Part shown: in pieces, positions 36,194-48,295 of the stretch
Position numbering within the stretch: position 1 is the first letter of the stretch
Layout of the letters: each line of letters begins with the position of its first letter
NCBI RefSeq assembly: GCF_023055435.1
Contig: NW_025963902.1
Location: 6,386,001 to 6,450,000, forward strand
Direction of reading: 5' to 3'
Origin: Haliotis rufescens
Taxonomy: Eukaryota
Length of the DNA stretch: 64,000 nucleotides
Notes under the pieces: model-generated
Database searches by the model: none
Told to the model about the DNA's origin: nothing
Seen by the model: only the letters and a program-made list of their open reading frames with translations
Made by a program: the position numbers and the translations under genes

Positions 36194-38709
36194 CTGGGGA
36201 AGGAATACAGATTTAGATAGAGGGGTCATTGATTGGATTTGTTTGTTTGTTGTTTAACGCTGCACTCAGCAATATTCCAGCTATATGACGGCGGTCTGGA
36301 CCAGACGATCCAGTGATTGACATCATGAGCATTGATCCACGCCATTGGGATACGATGACATTCCTTAACCAAGTCAGCGAGCCTGACCACCTGATCCCGT
36401 GTCGAAGCATAGTCACCTTTTACAGCAAGCATGGGTTGCTGAAGACCTATTCTACTCCGGATCTTCAAGGGTCGGTCTTTGATTGGAAATCATAGTATTG
36501 ATATATAAACTCAGTTACACAATATATCGATTTATAATAAATCAATCATTTTGTATGTGAACAGATAAAAATTATCAATTAATCAAGCTAATTTATGCAA
36601 AATATTAAGGAGACCAATCAATTAAATGTTTAAAATTGAATTTTGTGCCTTCTCATTATCCACCTTTACCATGATAATCTTAATAAATTTTCATGTTTCT
36701 GTGGAAGTGAATTATTTATTTAGTATTGGTATTTTAAAATTTGTATTGATACAGTGTCAACATTAATAAATTAGAGATACATTTATATCACTACATTCAA
36801 TGACATACCTATTTTAGAGAACAATCATATCATATTAAACATTGTTCATAATTTAAAAAAATGAAACACATAAAGTAAGCATCTTTTGAAAGTAATGTAC
36901 ATGATGTATAATGATGTATGACATTATTTATCATGTATAGATAAATAGATATATCATGAAATAAATGTAGTTGATTACAAATAATTAGTGCTTGTTTACT
37001 GGGTCGTCAGTCCAACATTATTTACCTTTATGCGCAGTAGCCGTTTTCTCTGCAAGACTCAAAACTTGATAAAAATTGTTCAAAGTTTCCTCACATTACG
37101 TTGGACTAATTTGATGAGAGAAAGCTAGCCCATACCCTACCTTACAGCCATTAGAATCATGAAGGGGTATTTGATCGGAAAGGGGTACCTAACCCTAATG
37201 ATCGTAAAGGCATGCTTGATCGTGAAGGGGATTCTAGGGCTTAGGATAGAGTCGGAGGGTAGTCTAACCTTACCCTAACTCACCTAACCTTAAGGATATG
37301 AGATGTGATTGTGCAGTGAGAACCGCAGCCTGAACTAGTCAGGCTGAAGGGGTCATTGTCAGCACAGGTACTACAGAAATGTATCCCAGGTATGTTTCTG
37401 TATATAGAAATGTACCATAGCCAAAATTAGAATACAGAAACGTACCTAGACTAACATCTAGTCTCTGAAATGAACATATCGTACATCAAAAAACAGTTGT
37501 TCGGTTATCTTAATAAAAACATAATAAAAAGGAGCCCAGTGACTCTCTTCATTTTCAGACCTGATACTGCAGTGATCTAGACTTGCCAAACATTATAGAC
37601 TTGCATGGGCTGTATTTGATATATATTTGTATCAGGGTCTGTAAGACAGACTAAAACGTACCTAGTACCCTAAATGGTGGACGAGTCCATATTTCTCAAT
37701 CCAAAACGGATTCATGTTGTAGTTCCGGTTCGTCTAATTATGAGTGCATGCATGCGACTTCTTCATGATCTTTTTTCAACAGCTCCCTACACTTATGTAT
37801 CATTACGGTCTTGTCAAAGGCATTCAACTCCTGTCTAACCCGTAGTGCCATTTAGCACTATATTAGCTGCACCCGGTAAACAGCACTGTTGCCTTCATTT
37901 GTTTAAGACTTCTGTGATTATCAATATTAACTTACCGGTATCATAGATCCAACATTAGTTTTCAATGGGTAAATTAACAATTATTCAAGGTTTGGACATG
38001 GTACGTATTAAAACATGATAATCCATCAACATTACGTGCAAGAGTCCAACACTCTCTTAAGATTGAGTGAGTTGGGTTTTACGCCGCTTTTAACAGTATT
38101 CCAGTCATATCAGCTTAATGTGGGAAGAAAGCCCGAAGTGATGCAGGTCTCAGACGTTTACCACTTCGGTGAAACCCACGAGCACAGGTATGGTGCTGAC
38201 AAACCTAGAAACATAATCGGGGCGAACTGGGATTCAAACCCACAATCATAGGTTTCTGGCGTGCCAAAGGGACGCAACTCTGCACAGCTCTGCCTTAGAC
38301 GACTGGGCCACCCGTGCCCCCCACGCTCTTAAGAAACATATTGTGGTTTTAATAATAAACATACAAAAGTTATTATTGGAATATGATCACTGTCATTATG
38401 GATGATCAATTGGCCTACTTTATTAAACTGACAACATGCAATGCTGCACGTAGATGTTCATATTTTGTAAAAAGGATCAAATAAATTCAGATTTGATTTA
38501 TTTGACGGTTCGTTTCTCACCTCATTTCGTACTTTCCATTTTTCAATACCTCCCGTGTTAAACGATGCCCAAGCGCCACTGTAGAAATCATTTCTATCGA
38601 TATGCAGGACTTTATAACCATTACGTGAAAATGCTGCTGCTAGAATACTTTCCGGTAGTCCTGTTCCTAGGACGACCACATCAAACTCAGATGGGAGATC
38701 AGAAGCCAT
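34367..38709 (-). CDS. CHM: Rab escort protein / Rab geranylgeranyltransferase component A (REP1/CHM), 2 coding exons 38709-38521 and 36193-34367; ~671 aa
   Basis: N-terminus [29 protein letters not shown], then [62 protein letters not shown] and [14 protein letters not shown]: GDI/REP motifs with the REP-specific acidic insert and tail. Donor GAG|gtgaga, acceptor ttccttccccag|ACA, phase 0. Confidence 0.93.
36238..36473 (-). mobile_element. Family B retroposon in the CHM intron
   Basis: TSD ggtc(a/t)ttgattgga. Confidence 0.85.
38064..38322 (-). mobile_element. SINE family C in the CHM intron
   Basis: TSD ctcttaaga. Confidence 0.88.
38521..38709 (-). CDS. CHM: CHM coding exon 1
   Basis: 63 codons, GDI/REP SCR1 motif; donor gtgaga. 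Confidence 0.88.
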
Positions 38710-39202
38710 TTTCCGCAGGTTTTATCCTCGACTGTCCTGCACGACGTGGCCACGTTGATTAATTTACTAGAACATGACAAAATGTACCATGTCACTTGGG
38801 TTGATCGTCATTAAACGGAATTAGGATTTTGTGTCATCGAAACCGGAACTGGAGGAGTAGGAGTATGCTTTTGAGCTCTGACACAGCGTTTGTACGCTGT
38901 ATCAATGTGGCAGAGGTCTGATTCTGTGGTGTGCGGGGAATTGCTCGCTGCAGGTGCCATATTTTAGGATTCGCTCACGATATGCACTCCTTCGTCACGA
39001 ATGATATGCAGCACCAACACTGTTACGAGTTTTAGAGGACAACGTATGTTTCACGATTATCTTATAAAATCCCTGAACTTAAACAGTTTCACACTAAAAC
39101 ATAAGAAAAACACATGGAATCTAATAAAGTCAGTTACACAAAAAGTTACTATCTAGTTCCATATTTTCTATATATAGTTATATTTACATTGTACCTATCA
39201 GG

Positions 39203-39274
39203 TCCCAGGTGGTCTAGTGGTTAGGATTTGGCGCTCTCACCGCCACGGCCGGGGTTCGATTCCCCGTCTGGGAA
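39203..39274 (+). tRNA. tRNA-Glu (anticodon CTC)
   Basis: 72-nt cloverleaf: acceptor TCCCAGG/TCTGGGA, anticodon stem TGGCG/CGCCA with loop CTCTCAC, T stem CGGGG/CCCCG with TTCGATT loop. A and B boxes intact; T-run terminator at ~39280. Confidence 0.95.
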
Positions 39275-39717
39275 GTAGCTTTTGTTCTTTTTACTCTTTT
39301 TTTTCAGCAGGAAATTATTTTTCTTATCACAAGCATGGTTTGCTGAAGACCACTGAAAACTATTTTTACTGCATGGGTAAATTCATCAAACAAAAGACGT
39401 TACTAAAAGAAAAACATTATTATTTTAGCATTAAATTTAAAAGCAATTGGCAATGTTAAATGCTTTTTTTAGAAACGAATACACTGAAGATAAAGTTGGT
39501 TCAGTTAACAGCAGAATATCGGTAGGACCAGACAAACAAATTGTAGATGGATTGATCAGCGACTAATGCTGTCTGAGTGCGACGACACGACATGCAGGCG
39601 ACGTGTTGTAATCACTCAATCTGTATGTCAGGTCTGGCGACATGCATTGGGCACCGGAACGATCACAAGGGGGAAATGAGAATACTAGAGGTGAGTTTTG
39701 CTGAGACAAAATGTATT

Positions 39718-39804
39718 TAATCTCATTAAAACCATATCTTAGTTCTCGTTACCGCTAAACAAAGGGTATAGCGAGAACTAAGATATGATTTTTTAATGAT
39801 ATTG
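39718..39804. mobile_element. 87-bp hairpin MITE (same family)
   Basis: Same TIRs; 9-bp TSD aaatgtatt/aaatgtttt. Confidence 0.8.
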
Positions 39805-39921
39805 AAATGTTTTGGGAACTACAATCGAGATCAATTTTAACACGTTTAGATGTGATCAAAAATTATATGATATGGCTAAAATCTTCAAAACCCTTACTAA
39901 AAGCAGGGCTATTTATAACAT

Positions 39922-40078
39922 TGAGTGAGTATCGATTTACGCCGCTTTTAGCAATATTCCAGCAAGATCACGGCGGGGGACACCATAAATGGGCTTCACA
40001 CATTGTACCCATGTCAGGAATCAAACCCGGGTCTTCGGCGTGACGAGCGAACGCTTTAACCACTAGGCTACCCGACCC
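39922..40078 (-). mobile_element. SINE family A
   Basis: TSD gctatttataaca. Confidence 0.88.
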
Positions 40079-41336
40079 GCTATTTATAACAACAACAACA
40101 ACAACATTGATAATAATAACAATAATAATGATGATGATAATACTAATAGCAGCAAGAGTAGTAGAGTAGTTTATGTGTTGTTTAACACCCCTCTCAGAAA
40201 TATTGCAGCTCTATGATGGCAATCTGTACTTAATGGAGTCTGGACCAGACAATCCAGAGATTGACATCATGAGTACCGATCCACGGAATCGGGATAAGAT
40301 GACGTGCATCAACCAAGTCACCAAACACCAGGGTATGAAACTACCAAAAATTTCAGCCAGGCCACAGGACTGGCTAGCTGAAATACTTGCCAGCCCTGAC
40401 CAAAACCTGCCTGCCCACTATAATCATATGTTTCTCAGGATAAGCTAACGGGGTTTCTTTTTGGTTACATTTTATCATTCATCATTACATGTGAATTAAT
40501 GTTTATCATCGGGAAATATTTAGAATATTTTCACATATGAAATATAACCCGACCGTCGGGCAGGGGGATTTGAAAATCTGGCAGCCCGAGTTGAAATCAA
40601 CCCGTCTCGGACGGTCGGGCAGGCAGGTATTTCGATCACTGCGAACACCCAATCCATTAATTTTCGTCTCCTTTCACAACAAGCACAAGCCTGCCGGTGA
40701 CGAACATTCTTATTCGTGGAATGTGGAATTTATATTTTTTAAGGTATTTTTTGTAACAAAAAGCCTAGGCAAGTCTAGATCAAACTAACCAAGTCTAGTT
40801 TGCTTAATCCCACAGCAGAAGAGGAAAGGTTCTTTCAAAGAAGAAGAAGAAAATTTAAAGACATGTTTTATTGACTTAGTGTCCGTCTATCCCCACAGGT
40901 TGGCGTAGTAGTAATACAACTTTAATTCGGGACTCGTATCAAATAGTCCCGAAATAAGGAAACCCCTTTTGTCATCCATGTGGAATTAATTATATATTCT
41001 GATAAAGGAAACCACCGACGACATGTTCATATATCATCCTAGTATTATAAACTAGGACAAAAGACACACACAGGTACCTGGTATGGAGTGCTGTACGGGT
41101 AGAAGTTATTTACTTTTTCTTTGTGTTCCCATGTACAATACAACAGCGGAATGTTCGCCTGTGTCGATGAGAGTATATACAACTATACCCATGCTCGGAG
41201 GTATTGTCCCCCATGCAGGTGTATGTGTCTATGCAGGTGACTATAATTATGAGCATGGGTACATACATAGCTGTGGAGCCGTGTTGTTGTAGTCAATAAA
41301 CATATAACGCGTGGACCGAGTGGGGTGAGGTTAGAT

Positions 41337-41456
41337 CACAGGAGTCCGTATCTAAAAATAGACGCCCTCATGCATATTCATGACCATCTCCACATGCGTG
41401 TGGAGATGGTCATGAATATGCATGAGGGCGTCTATTTTTAGATACGGACTCCTGTG
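41337..41456. mobile_element. 120-bp perfect foldback element with TSD
   Basis: Two exactly complementary 58-bp arms and a 4-nt loop; flanked by direct repeat gttagat (ggttagatc if trimmed by 1 nt). Confidence 0.9.
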
Positions 41457-41621
41457 GTTAGATCGACCTCTCCAACATGTCCGCCGATGTGTGAACTTCA
41501 AAAGTTGAATGGAAATAGAGTGATCCAATTTCGTCCTAAAACTCCGCCTCTGAAAGAATGTTGTTGAGAACATTTGAATATCAATAACATCACGATTATT
41601 AAACCTATCAGCGTCAAAATT

Positions 41622-41810
41622 TGATATGCGATACCTCTCTGTGCCAAACCCGATATACGGTACATATCTGTGCCAAACTCGATATACGATACCTCTCTGT
41701 GCCAAACCCGATATACGGTACATCTTTGTGCCAAACTCGATATACGAAACCTCTCTGTGCCAAACCCGATATACGATGCCTCTCAGTACCAAACTCGATA
41801 TACGATACCA
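41622..41810. repeat. 29-bp minisatellite (~6.5 copies) gatatacgatacctctctgtgccaaac(c/t)c
   Basis: Visible tandem array with alternating variants. Confidence 0.9.
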
Positions 41811-42817
41811 CTATACAACATTTTCTGGTCAAAACAATTAAAGTGTATGTTTTTATTACTGTCAAACACGTCTGTGTGCGTGAGTTTATACGCGTACAAT
41901 TAAATGTAAGTTCCTAAAATGACCCACATCATCTTAATTCGCAAAAAATCGATTTGTACAAAAGAAAACCCCACACAGAACACAAATATTCCTTCGATAA
42001 TACCTCTTATTGGGTGTAGATGTCATGTCGCTGAGAAAAGACATTGTGTCATATGCGGCCTTTATTATCTACATTCGGAACTGTCGTCAAAGTTGTTTTT
42101 CGAGATACAGAAGTCAGACATGCTTGTCTGAATGCCTTTCGAACTCGTATCGAGAATGTAGAAGCCTGGACGAATCATGAAGAGAGGTATGGGATCGGAG
42201 TTCAAGATCTGTTTTATTGAGACTGTCTCTGACTTCAATTTCTTTTTTTTAACGCGATACCACTATTGTAACCAACCACTACTAAACAGCCGGACAAAAG
42301 AAACTATATACTCTTGAAAGTTCACACTTAACTTTGTTCGATAATGTGTGTATTGTGAAATTGCGACCCCCATGTTTCTTGAGACGCCATGTGCACGTCA
42401 GTTCTTGTGAGATACTCATTGATATGATGCATGCAATATCGCATGATGCATCATAATCGTATCAAATACACATCGAATAACTTTTTCTTTCTTGTTTCAT
42501 TTCAGACACCATCAAACTGAAAACTTTCTTTTAACCGGCAGTTTAAATACATCTTGATGGGACGTATGTCTCAAAACAAGGACTACTGAGTAGGAAACCC
42601 CATGACGTTTAAGATAGCCCAATAATTTAAGTTTCTTTTGAGAATAACGCAGCGCTTAGAATGGGCGTTGGATGCCTACCTTGAACGTCTTCTCGACCAT
42701 GGCTCGAAATTATCGCATTGGTTGTGATTGATGGGACCTTTACTTTGATTAGTAGTGTACAAGCCAATGAGAGCGAGGCCAGTACAGTGTCACCTATCAC
42801 TTGTCAATACTTTGAGC

Positions 42818-43178
42818 GACCGCCTCCGTGGTCTAGTGGTAGAGCGTCCGCCCGGAGAGCGGAAGGTACGGGCTTCGATCCCCGGCCGCGTCATACCAAA
42901 AGACGTTCAAAGATGGTACTTGTTGTTACCCTGTCTGGCGCTCGGAATTAACTGACTAAAACAAGGACTGGTAGGCTCGGATTCAGTATACTGTGTCTGA
43001 GGGGTATTCATGTTAAACTGCGGCATGGTATCTCAGTGAGCTAGCACTATAAATCGGCATCAGTCCGGACTAGTACAAGCAGCCACACAAAAGCCAAACA
43101 AACACACACACGTACATGCACGTCGCTATATAAGTGCAATAATCTTGGACGCGACGTTAAACCCCATTTCACCTCACC
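42818..43178 (+). mobile_element. tRNA-derived SINE family D (MetaSINE-like central domain)
   Basis: tRNA head gtggtctagtggtagagcg...ttcgatcccc, then gtcataccaaaagacgttcaaagatggtacttgttgttaccctg resembling the Meta domain (recall); TSD caatact..gagc. Confidence 0.75.
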
Positions 43179-43859
43179 CAATACTCAGAGCAAGCAGGGT
43201 GAAACTGATACTGGAATGTTTTATAGTTGGAAAGCATAATGTTATCAAGTAGCTGTAGGAAATGTTTTTTTAGTGATGAAGGGTATCACATATCCGATGT
43301 TTAAGTTATTTCTCTATCTGTACTAAGGTATAAGTATGTACATTATCACGTCTGGAAAGTCGAGCTGTCTGCAAACACTATTCATGAGAAATAAAAACAA
43401 ATGCAGGTTTGAGATTTCAAACCTGACGTAAAGACTCAACGATCTGGTATCCCTCGAAAACAAAATTAATTTTTTGGAAAATAATTTTTTTCGGGTTGTC
43501 TCTCCGGAACTCGGGTTACATAAATTGTGTGGTGGTGGCGTTGATGACTGAATGTTGAACGTAAAACGTTGAATGAGACGCACAGTGTTGTCGAAAAAAG
43601 GCTGTCAGGTAGAACAAAACATGTCTGTCATAATGTCAAGACGACCATGTTATGTGTTCGGATACGATGGCATCAACCATCAACCAAGTCAGCGAGTCTG
43701 ACCACCGGATCCCGTTAGTCACCTCTTACGAGCAGCATGAGACAAGCATGGGTTGCTGACGACAAATTTTAACCCGGAATCTTCAGGGGACCGAACCTGT
43801 TATAGAAAACACCTACAAATCGAATCTTGTATGCGCGTTACTTCGTTCTTATGTTCGGC

Positions 43860-44114
43860 GCCCGTGGTCACGGATGTGGGCCTGTACGGCTAAGGCACCG
43901 CAAATCGATGTGCAGTTGTGTCCCTTAGCCATTCAAGGATCCGATGATTTTGTGTTCGAATCATAGAATTGCCATGATTATGATCGTGGGTTTCATCAGT
44001 GGTAAACATCTAAGACCTGCATGCGTCACTTTAGAATTTCTCTCCACGTGAAGATGACACGCCATTTAATTAAATTATAGTATAAAGCGGCGTTACACCC
44101 ATCTCACTCACTCA
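43860..44114 (+). mobile_element. SINE family C (diverged)
   Basis: Similarity to 15808. Confidence 0.7.
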
Positions 44115-44994
44115 TACATACCGTTATTGAACACTGCTAAAGTCACATAAAGTTAAAAAAGTAGAACATCAACACATTTTTATTTGATAACATTTAATAA
44201 AACCATGGCACTTGTTCCATACATGCATCAACTGAAGGCTATCACCTTCTTTTCTTCCTTTTTCAGCTGTATCAGTTACTGTCTGGGTTTCATTTTCTTC
44301 TTTTTTTAACAGCATCTATCATGATTCCACTTTTTTATAACCCTGCATACAGCCACGGGGATAGGCGTATCAGGGGATATAGCTTCCACGTTGTAAGAAA
44401 CAAAGTAATTAGAAGAACATCAACAACAATTTTTAGTTTTGATGCAATGGACGAATTGGTATACTTCAGTAATTTGCAGTGTAATAACAAATCTTATCGG
44501 AATATATATATTTTTAATATATTCTACACCTGTATATAGTAAATGTAGCTAACAACATAAAATTCATAACTTCAGAATAGTGGTTTTCTTCACTGACACC
44601 ATACAAAACAATATTCCTATAATTACCACATGTTTTCTTATGCTATCGCTTAAAATTTAAAGAAAGGATAAAAGCGGCGTCATCAACAGTTAAATACTTT
44701 GGTACAATCAAAACCAAAGGGATATCAACTCCTGACTTAAATGATATATGACCTTGGAATGCGATACATCTAATATTTCTCCTCTCGTGTGTTTTTTAAT
44801 CAAATTTGTATATTTTATTGATGCCATAATAATGCTAAATTCATCAGCAAAGTTTTTCTGTGTCAAGCAGACCAAGCTATGTGTTTCTACAGGTATACAC
44901 AATGAAAAAAAACCCAACAACAAAACCATTAACCTTTAATCTGGTTGGTTAACGTGTTGTTGTGCACGCGCCAAACCAAGTGTTGTTTTGGTTT

Positions 44995-45187
44995 TGATTG
45001 TTGTTTAAAGCCGCACTTAGCAATATTCCAGCCATTTGAAGACGGTCTTTAAATAATCGAGTCTGGACCAGACAAGCCAGTGATTGATATCATGAGCATC
45101 GATCCATGCAATTGGGACATGATGACATGCATAGACCAAGTCAGCGAGTCTGACCTCCCGATCCCGTAAGTCGCCTCTTACGACAAG
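44995..45187 (-). mobile_element. Family B retroposon (5'-truncated)
   Basis: Similarity to the 9096 copy. Confidence 0.8.
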
Positions 45188-45394
45188 GAGACCAATTCGA
45201 ATCCACATTTGTACCTTAATTCTCTTTTGAGGCCAGAAACCATAGCGTTGTATATTATGGTCTCTGTTGATGACAATCGGTCTGATGGCTATCACCAACA
45301 CTATATGACTGGAATTTCTTACACTGTTATGCTGACATGTGTTTTTGTATTTTTCCGAAATGCAAACAAAATATTATGAGATTCTCCGATTCAA

Positions 45395-45559
45395 GTGAGT
45401 GAGTGAGTATGGTTTTACACCGCTTTTAGCAATATTCCAGCAATATCACGGCGGGGACACCAGAAATGGGCTTCGCACATTGTACCCATGTCGGGAATCG
45501 AACCTGGGTCTTCAGCGTGACGAGTGAACGCTTTAACCACTAGGCTACCCGACCACCCC
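45395..45559 (-). mobile_element. SINE family A
   Basis: Near-consensus. Confidence 0.88.
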
Positions 45560-45633
45560 TCAAAGTTGAATTATTTTGACTTTTTCTGACTTCTACAATA
45601 CAATGTACATAGAAACTGACAGAATAAGTGAAA

Positions 45634-47244
45634 TCATAGAATTGGCAGAATGTCCGTTTTGATCTTAACCGATACAGGCAAGGCGTGGACGGCTGACCCT
45701 TTCATCCCACAGAGCTGCCATACCTTCCACGCCGATAGGCGGCGCAGTGATCGTATCACGTGACATCTTCTGTCTAGCTCCTCCCTGACGTATTTGACGT
45801 ACGGTTTGACCTGCTGGGATAAATGCCGTGAATGTTCGTTTTTGAATATCTTCGCACTCTCTGTGACAGACGTGGATGACATGAACGTACAAATGTTCAA
45901 CATTGTATCCACCTCTTTCTTGTATTTATGCTGCGTGTCGACCACCTGACATAGAGACAGTTTCTCAAACAACATGTCAAGGTAGCTGTTCACGGCATAT
46001 TTCCCATTGACCTTTTCATTGGGGTCAGCTCCATGGCGTAGCATACATTTCATTATGGCCTCATCGACTCCGATGACGACACTGCATTTAGCATACTGAT
46101 GAAGAACCGTTCCCCGTAAACTGCTCTTGTTACCCCCGACCCTTCCGATCTGGTTGGCATGGGCGTGGTACTGGCCCAAAATGTCGGCACATCCTTCAAC
46201 AAACTTCACAGCTAGAGTACGCGATTCCAAAACCGAAGCGAAGACCTCAACCGTCTCCAGTAAACAGTGTAGAGCAGACGAGAAGGCGTGTCTCCCGGTG
46301 ACTGGTTTAACCCCACGTTTGACTTGACCTGCTTCGTCCTTGACCTCGTCAAAGCAGGGGTCAGCTCCCTTGCGAAGCAGCAGCTTCATGCATTGGATGT
46401 AGTACTGAGTGTTGTCGTTGTCATGAATACAGAAGGCGTTGCTTAACAAGCTGTACAGAGGATATGTTCTTGGAGGCTTACATGCTTTCACAGAGTGTCC
46501 GTGATTGATAAGAATGGACGTTATCTTTGGAAGGAGCGAATGACCTCCTTTGGCGAAAGACTGACTGTAGGTATAGAGCACGTGGTAAAAGTTCATCTGT
46601 TTGAAGAGCGACGAGGTCGATATTCCCTGCTTCAAAAGAATATCAAGACAGTCGGGTCTCGCGTATTGAAGGGACACTTCTATACCAGACTTGATGTCCG
46701 TCTTTGATGGGTTTTGTTTGAGGACAAGTTCAAGTGCCAGCGGCGAATCTGCAAGACATGCGAGGCTTACATCGTCTTTGGAGGCAGCTTCAGGGTACCT
46801 TTTGATGACACACATATTCAGAGTTGTCCGAACGCATTCGATGTGGTCATATTTAGCAGCAACGTCAAGAGGACTGTTCATTCCTTCATCACCGTCGTCA
46901 TCTTGACCTGGTATGACAAACTTTCCGGACACCATCCGGAAGTCGTCTGGTCGGAACTGTAAAATGATACTGAGGGCTGTTCGGAAACCCAGTCTAGCAG
47001 CGAGGTGTGCGTAGGGATTTACTTTCGGTTCGTGTGGATGTGCAAAGTAGCCCTCCGAGAGGATAAGCTGTAGAGCCTCCGGGTTGTTGAGTAGGATGGT
47101 GTGATGCAGGGCATCCAGTCCATTGTCGTCTGCCCAACACCGGAAGTCGCTTGCTTTTGACACCAGAAGGTACTGCTTCAGTTTCCGACCATCGATGCCT
47201 CTTTTGACAGCATCTAGGAAGTCTTTGATATTGACGTCAACCAT
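45634..47244 (-). CDS. Ankyrin repeat protein with C-terminal SOCS-box-like motif (ASB-like), single coding exon, 536 aa
   Basis: Ankyrin motifs (GLDALHHTILLNNPEALQLIL, NPYAHLAARLG, SPLDVAAKYDHIECV, MKLLLRKGADP, MLRHGADPN). C-terminus RSLRRLSAWKVWQLCG...VHALPVSVKIKTDIL fits SOCS-box spacing. Acceptor tttcacag 14 nt upstream of the ATG. Confidence 0.85.
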   Translation of the reverse strand: MVDVNIKDFLDAVKRGIDGRKLKQYLLVSKASDFRCWADDNGLDALHHTILLNNPEALQLILSEGYFAHPHEPKVNPYAHLAARLGFRTALSIILQFRPDDFRMVSGKFVIPGQDDDGDEGMNSPLDVAAKYDHIECVRTTLNMCVIKRYPEAASKDDVSLACLADSPLALELVLKQNPSKTDIKSGIEVSLQYARPDCLDILLKQGISTSSLFKQMNFYHVLYTYSQSFAKGGHSLLPKITSILINHGHSVKACKPPRTYPLYSLLSNAFCIHDNDNTQYYIQCMKLLLRKGADPCFDEVKDEAGQVKRGVKPVTGRHAFSSALHCLLETVEVFASVLESRTLAVKFVEGCADILGQYHAHANQIGRVGGNKSSLRGTVLHQYAKCSVVIGVDEAIMKCMLRHGADPNEKVNGKYAVNSYLDMLFEKLSLCQVVDTQHKYKKEVDTMLNICTFMSSTSVTESAKIFKNEHSRHLSQQVKPYVKYVREELDRRCHVIRSLRRLSAWKVWQLCGMKGSAVHALPVSVKIKTDILPIL

Positions 47245-48027
47245 GGTTTACGTTACACCTGTGAAATGTATTCAGACAGTGAGTTACAGTAGTGATGACT
47301 TCTGTATATTTTAGCGTTCTTTAGCTTAAATGGATACGTTCGAAAAAGAATATTAATATGAAACACTAATTACGAAAACGCCGTGGCCGCAATTCGATGT
47401 TTCGTCACTATTATTTTGTATTTCACCATGAAAATTTAAAGCAACAAAGTCTTAAGGATAAATAAACAAATTATGTTAGGATTAAAAATCTAAATATATA
47501 TATCTCCAATCTGTATATGACAGAAATCGACATGTGACCTTTGACCCTCTTTATCTTGTCACAAAGTTACACAAAACATGTCCGCAAAAAGATGTTTGTG
47601 AATGTGACAGCATATATTTGAAAAATAAGGCTTAAATGAAAAGTTTTTTTAACAGTTCTAACGTATTTGTAGGATTTAAATAGATGTAAAGACATTTGTA
47701 CTCATTGTACCTCAAATTAGCCACACGTAGGTGTGGCCTTTCAGCAGGCCGGTAGGCCATGCAAGCCTGGGCCAGAGAAATTACCCCAGTCTCGGGATTT
47801 TCCTTTACATAAGAAGGCAGTTAAATATAGTTTAATTGAGCAAGTAAGTAAATGGCTGTCTGTGAAACAATGACATTTCACACAGTGGAACCTCGGGTGG
47901 TCCATGTAGATGTTTGAGGCGTCGCAAATCGCCTCCCGTCAACCAACTTTCGTGTGTTTGAATCCCAAATTCGCCCCGATAGTGTTTCTATGTGAGCACC
48001 TTATCCGTATTCGTGGGTTTCACCAAA

Positions 48028-48295
48028 GTTTGTTTGTTTGTTTGTTGCATAACGCCGCACTCAGTAATATTCCAGCTATATGACGGTGGTCTGTAAATAC
48101 ATGTAGTTGAGTCTGGACCAGACAAGCCAATGATTGTCATCATGAGCATCGATCCACGCAGTTGGGATACGATGACATGCATCAACCAAGTCAGCGAGCC
48201 TGCCCACCCGTTAGTCGCCTCTTACGAGAAGCATAGTCTCCATTTACGGCAAGAATCGGTTGCTGGAGACTTATTCTAACCCGGATCTCCAGGGG
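48028..48295 (-). mobile_element. Family B retroposon
   Basis: Near full length. Confidence 0.85.

Noticed and set aside
308-38709. Functional lipid/isoprenoid cluster (SPRING1 with CHM)
   Set aside because: The link is thematic only. The genes are over 28 kb apart and there is no evidence of conserved linkage.
41352-41917. Repetitive ORFs at 41352-41917, 50272-50646 and 55024-55305
   Set aside because: They arise from stop-free minisatellite units.
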